Positions 1 to 11,274 of a stretch of 64,000 nucleotides of DNA are shown piece by piece. Every line of letters starts with the position of its first letter. Positions within the stretch are counted from its first letter, which is position 1. The stretch is from the human T2T-CHM13v2.0 reference genome, Homo sapiens. The stretch is from the NCBI RefSeq assembly GCF_009914755.1, contig NC_060948.1; one strand, written 5' to 3'. The notes below the pieces were generated by a model. The model was not told the DNA's origin. It did not search any database and saw only the letters and a program-made list of their open reading frames with translations. The position numbers and the translations under genes were made by a program.

Positions 1-631
1 ATAATGGAGTCGAATGAAATGGAATTGAAAGGAGTGGGATCGAATACAATGGAATATACTGGAATGTAATGTAATGAACTCGAATGTAATTGACTGGAAT
101 GGAATGTACATGAATGGAATGTAATCGAATGGAAAGTAATCCAATGGAATAGAATCTAATGCAATAAAACCGACTCAGATAGAGTAGAATGTAATGGAAT
201 GGAGTGCAGTGCAATGGAATGGAATGGAATGGAATGCAATGCAATGGAATGGAATGGAATGGAATGGAATGGAATGGAATGGAATGGAATGGGATGGAAT
301 GGGATGGGATGGAATGGTATGGAATGGATAGTAATGGACTGGAGTGAAATGGACTGGAAAGGAATGGACTCAAATTGAAAGGGCTCGAAAGGAATGGAGT
401 CAAATGGAATGGTCTGGACTGGAATGAACACGAATGTAATGCAATCCAATAGAATGGAATCGAATGGCATGGAATATAAAGAAATGGAATCGAAGAGAAT
501 GGAAACAAATGGAATGGAATTGAATGGAATGGAATTGAATGGAATGGGAACGAATGGAGTGAAATTGTATGCAGTAGAAGGGAATAGAATGGAATGCAAG
601 CGAAAGGAAAGGAATGGATTGGAATGGAATG
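1..631 (+). repeat. Partial unit 0 (3' end of the preceding unit)
   Basis: Sequence upstream of the first GAATTC (632) is colinear with the ends of later units. It carries an expanded pentamer tract at 241-310. Confidence 0.9.
246..290 (+). repeat. Pure (GGAAT)9 microsatellite tract at the variable-length site
   Basis: Nine perfect pentamers. The homologous site has 5 in most units and 8-10 in units 5, 7, 10, 14 and 17. Confidence 0.9.
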
Positions 632-669
632 GAATTCATTGGAATGGAAGGGAATGTAGTGTAATGGAC

Positions 670-675
670 AGGCCT
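670..675. other. StuI/HaeIII site (AGGCCT), one per unit, 38 bp after the EcoRI site
   Basis: ggacAGGCCTgg at 670-675 and at the same offset in all 18 units. This would explain the classical single HaeIII band. Confidence 0.9.
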
Positions 676-1045
676 GGAATAAAGTGGAATGCTACGGTCT
701 CGAATGGAATAAAAATGTATGGAATGGAATGCAATGAAACGGAATCGAATGTCATAGAATGTAATGGAATGCAACAAAATGGAATCCAAAATCATTGACT
801 GGAAAGGCTGGGTGTCGAAAGGAATTGACTCCAATGGAATGGAATCGAATGGAATGGAAGTGAATAGAATCGAACTAAATCGAATGGAATGGAATTGATA
901 GGAACGGAATGGAAAGGAATGCAATGATTTGGCATGGAATGCAATCGAATGGCATCGAATGGAATGGAATGGAATGCAATGGAATGGAATGTATTAGAAT
1001 GTAATGAACTTTAATGGAATGTACTCGAATGGATTCGACTGGAAT

Positions 1046-1060
1046 GGAATGTTCTGGAAG
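1046..1060. promoter_or_regulatory. Perfect heat-shock element motif 1 (EcoRI+414 in every unit)
   Basis: gGAAtgTTCtgGAAg matches nGAAnnTTCnnGAAn. Motif match only; binding is not shown. Confidence 0.6.
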
Positions 1061-1325
1061 TGAATGGACTCCAATGGAATGGATTCAAAAGGAATGGAAT
1101 CGTACGGAATGGAATCTAATGGAATGGAATTAAATGGAAATGAATCAAATTGAATAGCACGGAATTGAATTGAATGGAATGGAATGCAATGGAATCTAAT
1201 GAAACGGAAAGGAAAGGAATGGAATGGAATGGAATGGGCTGGAATGGAAAGGAATCGAAACGAATGGAATGGAATCGAAGTGAAGAGACTGGAATGGAAT
1301 GCACTGGAATGGAAGGGAGTGTAAT

Positions 1326-1340
1326 GGAAGGTTCTCGAAA
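1326..1340. promoter_or_regulatory. Perfect heat-shock element motif 2 (EcoRI+694 in every unit)
   Basis: gGAAggTTCtcGAAa matches nGAAnnTTCnnGAAn. Motif match only. Confidence 0.6.
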
Positions 1341-2356
1341 AAAATGGAATCGAATGGAATGGAATTGAATGGAACGGAATAGAGTCGAATGGAATTGAAT
1401 GGAATGGAATGGACTAGAGTGAAATGGAATCGAACCACAAGGAATGGACAGGAATAGAATGGTCTCGAATTGAATGGAATCGTATGGAATGGCATCAAAC
1501 GGAATGGAATGGACAGCCACGGAATGGAATGCACTCGAATGCAATGGAGTCGAAACTAATGGACTGGAATAGAATGGACTCGACTGGTACGGACTCCAAT
1601 GGAATGGAATCGAATGGAAGGGAATCGAACGGAATGGACTCGAAGGGAAAAGACTGCAATGGAAAGGTCTCGAATGGAATGGAAATTAATGGAATGGAAT
1701 GGAATCGAATGAAATGGAGTCAAAAGGAATGGAATCGAATGGCAAGAAATCGAATGTAATGGAATCGCAAGGAATTGATGTGAACGGAACGGAATGGAAT
1801 GGAATCCAAAGGAATGGAATAGAATGGAATGGAATCGAATGGAAAGGACTCGAATGGAAATCACTCGAATAGAATGCAATTTAATAAAATAGGATCAAAT
1901 GTAATGGAATGGAATGGAAAGGAATCGAAACGAAAGGAATGGAGACAGATGGAATGGAATGGAACAGAGAGCAATGGTATAGAATGGAATGGAATCATCT
2001 GGAATGGAATTGAATGGAATGGAATAATATGAAATGGAATGGAATGGAATGGAATGGAATGGAATGCCCTTGAATTAAATGGACTGGAATGGAATGGACT
2101 CGAACAGAGTGGAATGGAAAGTTTTGAGATAGAATGGAATGGACTCCTTTGGAATGGTGTAGTATGCAATGCAATCGACTGGCAGGGAATCAAAAGGAAT
2201 GTAATCGAATGGATTGGACTGGAATGCAATGGACTCGAATAGATTGGAAACGGAATGCAAAGGAATGGAATGGAATAGTATGGAATGGAATGGAAAGGAA
2301 TGGAGTGGAATAGACTAGAGTGGAATGGAATGGACTGGAAAGCAATGGACTGGAAT

Positions 2357-2371
2357 GGAACTTTCTTGAAT
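2357..2371. promoter_or_regulatory. Perfect heat-shock element motif 3 (EcoRI+1710 to +1725 depending on subtype)
   Basis: gGAActTTCttGAAt matches nGAAnnTTCnnGAAn. Motif match only. Confidence 0.6.
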
Positions 2372-4181
2372 GGACTGGAATCAAACGGAATGGAATGCAA
2401 TGCAATCAAACGGCATGGAATAAAATAGAATGAAAGAGAATCAAATGGAATTGAATCGAATGGAATCGAATGGATTGGAAAGGAATAGAATGGAATGGAA
2501 TGGAATTGACTCAAATGGAATGGACTAGAATGGAATGGATTCGAATGGAAGGCAAAGGAATGGAATCTTTTGGAATGGACTGTAATGGAATGGAATGGAA
2601 GGGATTGGAATGGACTCGAATGGAATGGACTGCAATAGATAGGATTCGAATGGAATGAAAAAGAATTGAATGGAATAGAACAGAATGGAATCAAATCGAA
2701 TGAAATGGAATGGAATAGAAAGGAATGGAATGAAATGGAATGGAAAGGATTCGAATGGAATGCAATCGAATGGAATGGAATCGAACGGAATGGAATAAAA
2801 TGGAAGAAAACTGGCAAGAAATGGAATCGAAATGAATGGAGTGTTATGGAACGGACTCAAAAGGAATTGAATGTAATAGAATGGAGTGGAGTGGACTCGA
2901 ATATAATGGACTGGAATGGAATGAAATCACATGGAATGGGAACGAATGGAATGGAATGGAAAGGAATGGAATCGAATGGAAAGGAATCGAATGGAAGGGA
3001 ATGAAATTGAATCAACAGGAATGGAAGGGAATAGAATAGACGGTAATGGAATGGACTTGAATAGAATGGACACGAATGCTCAAATTGAATGGACTCGAAT
3101 GGAATGGAAACGAAAGGAATGTCATCGAATGGAATTGAATCGATTGGAATGAAATGGCATAGAATGGAGTGGAATCAAATGGAATTGAATCGAAAGGAAA
3201 GGAAGCGAATGGACTGAAATGAAATGGAATGGAATTGAATGGAAAGTAATGCAATGGAATAGAATGGAACGAAATTTCACGGAATGGAATCAAACTGAAT
3301 GGAATCAAATCAATGGAATCAAATCAAATGGAATGGAAAGGAATTGAATGGAGTAGATTGGATTGGATGGGATTGGAATGAAATGTACTGGAAAGGACTC
3401 GAATTTCATGAAACGGAATGGAATGAATTGGAACGGAATGGACTCGAATGGAATGGAATGTCATGGAATGGCATCAAATGGAATGGCATCAAATGGAATG
3501 GAATCGAATGCAATGGAATGCTATGGAATGGAATGGAATGCATTGGAATGGAATGTCCTCTAATGGAATGGATTCGAGTGGAATGGAATCGAATATAATG
3601 GAGTCGAATGAAATGGAATTGAAAGGAATGGGATCGAATACAATGGAATATACTGGAATGTAATGTAATGAACTCGAATGTAATTGACTGGAATGGAATG
3701 TACATGAATGGAATGTAATCGAATGGAAAGTAATCCAATGGAATAGAATCTAATGCAATAAAATCGACTCAGAGTAGAATGTAATGGAATGGAGTGCAGT
3801 GCAATGGAATGGAATGGAATGGAATGCAATGGAATGGAATGTTATGGAATGGAATGGGATGGAATGGTATGGAATGGATAGTAATGGACAGGAGTGAAAT
3901 GGACTGGAAAGGAATGGACTCAAATTGAAAGGGCTCGAAAGGAATGGAGACAAATGGAATGGTCTGGAATGGAATGAACACGAATGTAATGCAATCCAAT
4001 AGAATGGAGTCGAATGGCATGGAATATAAAGAAATGGAATCGAAGAGAATGGAAACAAATGGAATGGAATTGAATGGAATGGAATTGAATGGAATGGGAA
4101 CGAATGGAGTGAAATTGTATGCAGTAGAAGAGAATAGAATGGAATGCAAGCGAAAGGAAAGGAATGGATTGGAATGGAATG

Positions 4182-7100
4182 GAATTCATTGGAATGGAAG
4201 GGAATGTAGTGTAATGGACAGGCCTGGAATAAAGTGGAATGCTACGGTCTCGAATGGTATAAAAATGTATGGAATGGAATGCAATGAAACGGAATCGAAT
4301 GTCATAGAATGTAATGGAATGCAAAAAAATGGAATCCAAAATCATTGACTGGAAAGGCTGGGTGTCGAAAGGAATTGACTCCAATGGAATGGAATCGAAT
4401 GGAATGGAAGTGAATAGAATCGAACTAAATCGAATGGAATGGAATTGATAGGAACGGAATGGAAAGGAATGCAATGATTTGGCATGGAATGCAATCGAAT
4501 GGCATCGAATGGAATGGAATGGAATGCAATGGAATGGAATGTATTAGAATGTAATGAACTTTAATGGAATGTACTCGAATGGATTCGACTGGAATGGAAT
4601 GTTCTGGAAGTGAATGGACTCCAATGGAATGGATTCCAAAGGAATGGAATCGTACGGAATGGAATCTAATGGAATGGAATTAAATGGAAATGAATCAAAT
4701 TGAATAGCACGGAATTGAATTGAATGGAATGGAATGCAATGGAATCTAATGAAACGGAAAGGAAAGGAATGGAATGGAATGGAATGGGCTGGAATGGAAA
4801 GGAATCGAAACGAATGGAATGGAATCGAAGTGAAGAGACTGGAATGGAATGCACTGGAATGGAAGGGAGTGTAATGGAAGGTTCTCGAAAAAAATGGAAT
4901 CGAATGGAATGGAATTGAATGGAACGGAATAGAGTCGAATGGAATTGAATGGAATGGAATGGACTAGAGTGAAATGGAATCGAACCACAAGGAATGGACA
5001 GGAATAGAATGGTCTCGAATTGAATGGAATCGTATGGAATGGCATCAAACGGAATGGAATGGACAGCCACGGAATGGAATGCACTCGAATGCAATGGAGT
5101 CGAAACTAATGGACTGGAATAGAATGGACTCGACTGGTACGGACTCCAATGGAATGGAATCGAATGGAAGGGAATCGAACGGAATGGACTCGAAGGGAAA
5201 AGACTGCAATGGAAAGGTCTCGAATGGAATGGAAATTAATGGAATGGAATGGAATCGAATGAAATGGAGTCAAAAGGAATGGAATCGAATGGCAAGAAAT
5301 CGAATGTAATGGAATCGCAAGGAATTGATGTGAACGGAACGGAATGGAATGGAATCCAAAGGAATGGAATATAATGGAATGGAATCGAATGGAAAGGACT
5401 CGAATGGAAATCACTCGAATAGAATGCAATTTAATAAAATAGGATCAAATGTAATGGAATGGAATGGAAAGGAATCGAAACGAAAGGAATGGAGACAGAT
5501 GGAATGGAATGGAACAGAGAGCAATGGTATAGAATGGAATGGAATCATCTGGAATGGAATTGAATGGAATGGAATAATATGAAATGGAATGGAATGGAAT
5601 GGAATGGAATGCCCTTGAATTAAATGGACCGGACTCGAACAGAGTGGAATGGAAAGTGTTGAGATAGAATGGAATGGACTCCTTTGGAATGGTGTAGTAT
5701 GCAATGCAATCGACTGGCAGGGAATCAAAAGGAATGTAATGGAATGGATTGGACTGGAATGCAATGGACTCGAATAGATTGGAAACGGAATGCAAAGGAA
5801 TAGAATGGAATAGTATGGAATGGAATGGAAAGGAATGGAGTGGAATAGACTAGAGTGGAATGGAATGGACTGGAAAGCAATGGACTGGAATGGAACTTTC
5901 TTGAATGAACTGGAATCAAACGGAATGGAACGCAATGCAATCAAATGGCATGGAATAAAATAGAATGAAAGAGAATCAAATGGAATTGAATCGAATGGAA
6001 TCGAATGGATTGGAAAGGAATAGAATGGAATGGAATGGAATTGACTCAAATGGAATGGACTAGAATGGAATGGATTCGAATGGAAGGCAAAGGAATGGAA
6101 TCTATTGGAATGGACTGTAATGGAATGGAATGGAAGGGATTGGAATGGACTCGAATGGAATGGACTGCAATAGAAAGGACTCGAATGGAATGAAAAAGAA
6201 TTGAATGGAATAGAACAGAATGGAATCAAATCGAATGAAATGGAATGGAATAGAAAGGAATGGAATGAAATGGAATGGAAAGGATTCGAATGGAATGCAA
6301 TCGAATGGAATGGAATCGAACGGAATGGAATAAAATGGAAGAAAACTGGCAAGAAATGGAATCGAAAGGAATGGAGTGTTATGGAACGGACTCAAAAGGA
6401 ATTGAATGTAATAGAATGGAGTGGAGTGGACTCGAATATAATGGACTGGAATGGAATGAAATCACATGGAATGGGAACGAATGGAATGGAATGGAAAGGA
6501 ATGGAATCGAATGGAAAGGAATCGAATGGAAGGGAATGAAATTGAATCAACAGGAATGGAAGGGAATAGAATAGACGGTAATGGAATGGACTCGAATAGA
6601 ATGGACACGAATGCTCAAATTGAATGGACTCGAATGGAATGGAAACGAAAGGAATGTCATCGAATGGAATTGAATCGATTGGAATGAAATGGCATAGAAT
6701 GGAGTGGAATCAAATGGAATTGAATCGAAAGGAAAGGAAGCGAATGGACTGAAATGAAATGGAATGGAATTGAATGGAAAGTAATGCAATGGAATAGAAT
6801 GGAACGAAATTTCACGGAATGGAATCAAACTGAATGGAATCAAATCAATGGAATCTAATCAAATGGAATGGAAAGGAATTGAATGGAATAGATTGGATTG
6901 GATGGGATTGGAATGAAATGTACTGGAAAGGACTCGAATTTCATGAAACGGAATGGAATGAATTGGAACGGAGTGGACTCGAATGGAATGGAATGTCATG
7001 GAATGGCATCAAATGGAATGGCATCAAATGGAATGGAATCGAATGCAATGGAATGCTATGGAATGGAATGGAATGCATTGGAATGGAATGTCCTCTAATG

Positions 7101-7720
7101 GAATGGATTCGAGTGGAATGGAATCGAATATAATGGAGTCGAATGAAATGGAATTGAAAGGAATGGGATCGAATACAATGGAATATACTGGAATGTAATG
7201 TAATGAACTCGAATGTAATTGACTGGAATGGAATGTACATGAATGGAATGTAATCGAATGGAAAGTAATCCAATGGAATAGAATCTAATGCAATAAAATC
7301 GACTCAGATAGAGTAGAATGTAATGGAATGGAGTGCAGTGCAATGGAATGGAATGGAATGGAATGCAATGGAATGGAATGTTATGGAATGGAATGGGATG
7401 GAATGGTATGGAATGGACAGTAATGGACTGGAGTGAAATGGACTGGAAAGGAATGGACTCAAATTGAAAGGGCTCGAAAGGAATGGAGACAAATGGAATG
7501 GTCTGGAATGGAATGAACACGAATGTAATGCAATCCAATAGAATGGAGTCGAATGGCATGGAATATAAAGAAATGGAATCGAAGAGAATGGAAACAAATG
7601 GAATGGAATTGAATGGAATGGAATTGAATGGAATGGGAACGAATGGAGTGAAATTGTATGCAGTAGAAGAGAATAGAATGGAATGCAAGCGAAAGGAAAG
7701 GAATGGATTGGAATGGAATG
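4182..7720 (+). repeat. Unit 2, subtype B, 3539 bp
   Basis: GAATTC at 4182 and 7721. B marker taaatggaccggactcg near 5625, 15 bp shorter than A in this region. Confidence 0.9.
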
Positions 7721-10700
7721 GAATTCATTGGAATGGAAGGGAATGTAGTGTAATGGACAGGCCTGGAATAAAGTGGAATGCTACGGTCTCGAATGGTATA
7801 AAAATGTATGGAATGGAATGCAATGAAACAGAATCGAATGTCATAGAATGTAATGGAATGCAAAAAAATGGAATCCAAAATCATTGACTGGAAAGGCTGG
7901 GTGTCGAAAGGAATTGACTCCAATGGAATGGAATCGAATGGAATGGAAGTGAATAGAATCGAACTAAATCGAATGGAATGGAATTGATAGGAACGGAATG
8001 GAAAGGAATGCAATGATTTGGCATGGAATGCAATCGAATGGCATCGAATGGAATGGAATGGAATGCAATGGAATGGAATGTATTAGAATGTAATGAACTT
8101 TAATGGAATGTACTCGAATGGATTCGACTGGAATGGAATGTTCTGGAAGTGAATGGACTCCAATGGAATGGATTCCAAAGGAATGGAATCGTACGGAATG
8201 GAATCTAATGGAATGGAATTAAATGGAAATGAATCAAATTGAATAGCACGGAATTGAATTGAATGGAATGGAATGCAATGGAATCTAATGAAACGGAAAG
8301 GAAAGGAATGGAATGGAATGGAATGGGCTGGAATGGAAAGGAATCGAAACGAATGGAATGGAATCGAAGTGAAGAGACTGGAATGGAATGCACTGGAATG
8401 GAAGGGAGTGTAATGGAAGGTTCTCGAAAAAAATGGAATCGAATGGAATGGAATTGAATGGAACGGAATAGAGTCGAATGGAATTGAATGGAATGGAATG
8501 GACTAGAGTGAAATGGAATCGAACCACAAGGAATGGACAGGAATAGAATGGTCTCGAATTGAATGGAATCGTATGGAATGGCATCAAACGGAATGGAATG
8601 GACAGCCACGGAATGGAATGCACTCGAATGCAATGGAGTCGAAACTAATGGACTGGAATAGAATGGACTCGACTGGTACGGACTCCAATGGAATGGAATC
8701 GAATGGAAGGGAATCGAACGGAATGGACTCGAAGGGAAAAGACTGCAATGGAAAGGTCTCGAATGGAATGGAAATTAATTGAATGGAATGGAATCGAATG
8801 AAATGGAGTCAAAAGGAATGGAATCGAATGGCAAGAAATCGAATGTAATGGAATCGCAAGGAATTGATGTGAACGGAACGGAATGGAATGGAATCCAAAG
8901 GAATGGAATATAATGGAATGGAATCGAATGGAAAGGACTCGAATGGAAATCACTCGAATAGAATGCAATTTAATAAAATAGGATCAAATGTAATGGAATG
9001 GAATGGAAAGGAATCGAAACGAAAGGAATGGAGACAGATGGAATGGAATGGAACAGAGAGCAATGGTATAGAATGGAATGGAATCATCTGGAATGGAATT
9101 GAATGGAATGGAATAATATGAAATGGAATGGAATGGAATGGAATGGAATGGAATGCCCTTGAATTAAATGGACTGGAATGGAATGGACTCGAACAGAGTG
9201 GAATGGAAAGTTTTGAGATAGAATGGAATGGACTCCTTTGGAATGGTGTAGTATGCAATGCAATCGACTGGCAGGGAATCAAAAGGAATGTAATCGAATG
9301 GATTGGACTGGAATGCAATGGACTCGAATAGATTGGAAACGGAATGCAAAGGAATGGAATGGAATAGTATGGAATGGAATGGAAAGGAATGGAGTGGAAT
9401 AGACTAGAGTGGAATGGAATGGACTGGAAAGCAATGGACTGGAATGGAACTTTCTTGAATGGACTGGAATCAAACGGAATGGAATGCAATGCAATCAAAC
9501 GGCATGGAATAAAATAGAATGAAAGAGAATCAAATGGAATTGAATCGAATGGAATCGAATGGGTTGGAAAGGAATAGAATGGAATGGAATGGAATTGACT
9601 CAAATGGAATGGACTAGAATGGAATGGATTCGAATGGAAGGCAAAGGAATGGAATCTTTTGGAATGGACTGTAATGGAATGGAATGGAAGGGATTGGAAT
9701 GGACTCGAATGGAATGGACTGCAATAGATAGGATTCGAATGGAATGAAAAAGAATTGAATGGAATAGAACAGAATGGAATCAAATCGAATGAAATGGAAT
9801 GGAATAGAAAGGAATGGAATGAAATGGAATGGAAAGGATTCGAATGGAATGCAATCGAATGGAATGGAATCGAACGGAATGGAATAAAATGGAAGAGAAC
9901 TGGCAAGAAATGGAATCGAAATGAATGGAGTGTTATGGAACGGACTCAAAAGGAATTGAATGTAATAGAATGGAGTGGAGTGGACTCGAATATAATGGAC
10001 TGGAATGGAATGAAATCACATGGAATGGGAACGAATGGAATGGAATGGAAAGGAATGGAATCGAATGGAAAGGAATCGAATGGAAGGGAATGAAATTGAA
10101 TCAACAGGAATGGAAGGGAATAGAATAGACGGTAATGGAATGGACTCGAATAGAATGGACACGAATGCTCAAATTGAATGGACTCGAATGGAATGGAAAC
10201 GAAAGGAATGTCATCGAATGGAATTGAATCGATTGGAATGAAATCGCATAGAATGGAGTGGAATCAAATGGAATTGAATCGAAAGGAAAGGAAGCGAATG
10301 GACTGAAATGAAATGGAATGGAATTGAATGGAAAGTAATGCAATGGAATAGAATGGAACGAAATTTCACGGAATGGAATCAAACTGAATGGAATCAAATC
10401 AATGGAATCTAATCAAATGGAATGGAAAGGAATTGAATGGAGTAGATTGGATTGGATGGGATTGGAATGAAATGTACTGGAAAGGACTCGAATTTCATGA
10501 AACGGAATGGAATGAATTGGAACGGAATGGACTCGAATGGAATGGAATGTCATCGAATGGCATCAAATGGAATGGCATCAAATGGAATGGAATCGAATGC
10601 AATGGAATGCTATGGAATGGAATGGAATGCATTGGAATGGAATGTCCTCTAATGGAATGGATTCGAGTGGAATGGAATCGAATATAATGGAGTCGAATGA

Positions 10701-11274
10701 AATGGAATTGAAAGGAATGGGATCGAATACAATGGAATATACTGGAATGTAATGTAATGAACTCGAATGTAATTGACTGGAATGGAATGTACATGAATGG
10801 AATGTAATCGAATGGAAAGTAATCCAATGGAATAGAATCTAATGCAATAAAATCGACTCAGATAGAGTAGAATGTAATGGAATGGAGTGCAGTGCAATGG
10901 AATGGAATGGAATGGAATGCAATGGAATGGAATTGAATGGAATGGAATGGGATGGAATGGTATGGAATGGACAGTAATGGACTGGAGTGAAATGGACTGG
11001 AAAGGAATGGACTCAAATTGAAAGGGCTCGAAAGGAATGGAGACAAATGGAATGGTCTGGAATGGAATGAACACGAATGTAATGCAATCCAATAGAATGG
11101 AGTCGAATGGCATGGAATATAAAGAAATGGAATCGAAGAGAATGGAAACAAATGGAATGGAATTGAATGGAATGGAATTGAATGGAATGGGAACGAATGG
11201 AGTGAAATTGTATGCAGTAGAAGAGAATAGAATGGAATGCAAGCGAAAGGAAAGGAATGGATTGGAATGGAATG
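7721..11274 (+). repeat. Unit 3, subtype A, 3554 bp
   Basis: GAATTC at 7721 and 11275. A markers plus gggttgg (9561) and gaagagaac (~9895). Confidence 0.9.

Larger units (their letters stand above)
632..4181 (+). repeat. Unit 1, subtype A, 3550 bp
   Basis: GAATTC at 632 and 4182. A markers aagttttgag, atcttttgg, agataggattc. A private 4 bp deletion near 3770 (gactcagagtag versus gactcagatagagtag). Confidence 0.9.

Noticed and set aside
291-310. GGGAT cluster as a possible G-quadruplex
   Set aside because: Only three GGG runs, whereas four are needed for a canonical three-tier G4.
394-798. Plus-strand MEWNG-repeat ORFs in every unit
   Set aside because: They are the direct translation of (GGAAT)n, where ATG occurs every 5 bp. 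Overlapping ORFs in all frames and no sign of coding constraint.
1880-1892. AATAAA polyadenylation-like hexamers (several per unit, for example ~163, 678, 1884, 2419, 2793)
   Set aside because: They arise by one or two substitutions from AAT-GGA/AGA in an A-rich satellite, with no GU-rich downstream element or transcript evidence.
2538-2546. TTCGAA palindromes and cGAAatTTCac (~3270) as additional heat-shock elements
   Set aside because: TTCGAA lacks the 2 bp spacing, and the ~3270 site has only two correct units (the third is GGA). Neither was counted as a perfect HSE.
1861-2817. Long minus-strand ORF (313-318 aa, FHSIP-rich) repeated in A and B units
   Set aside because: (ATTCC)n has no stop codon in any frame and translates to FHSIP repeats. 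The ORF is low-complexity, has no recognisable domain, and is broken in every C unit.
6851-6861. gAATCTAATCA, a near match to the DUX4 motif TAATCTAATCA, in units 2-18
   Set aside because: It mismatches the first TAAT half-site, and AAT-NN-AAT spacing is intrinsic to the pentamer, so near matches are expected by chance.
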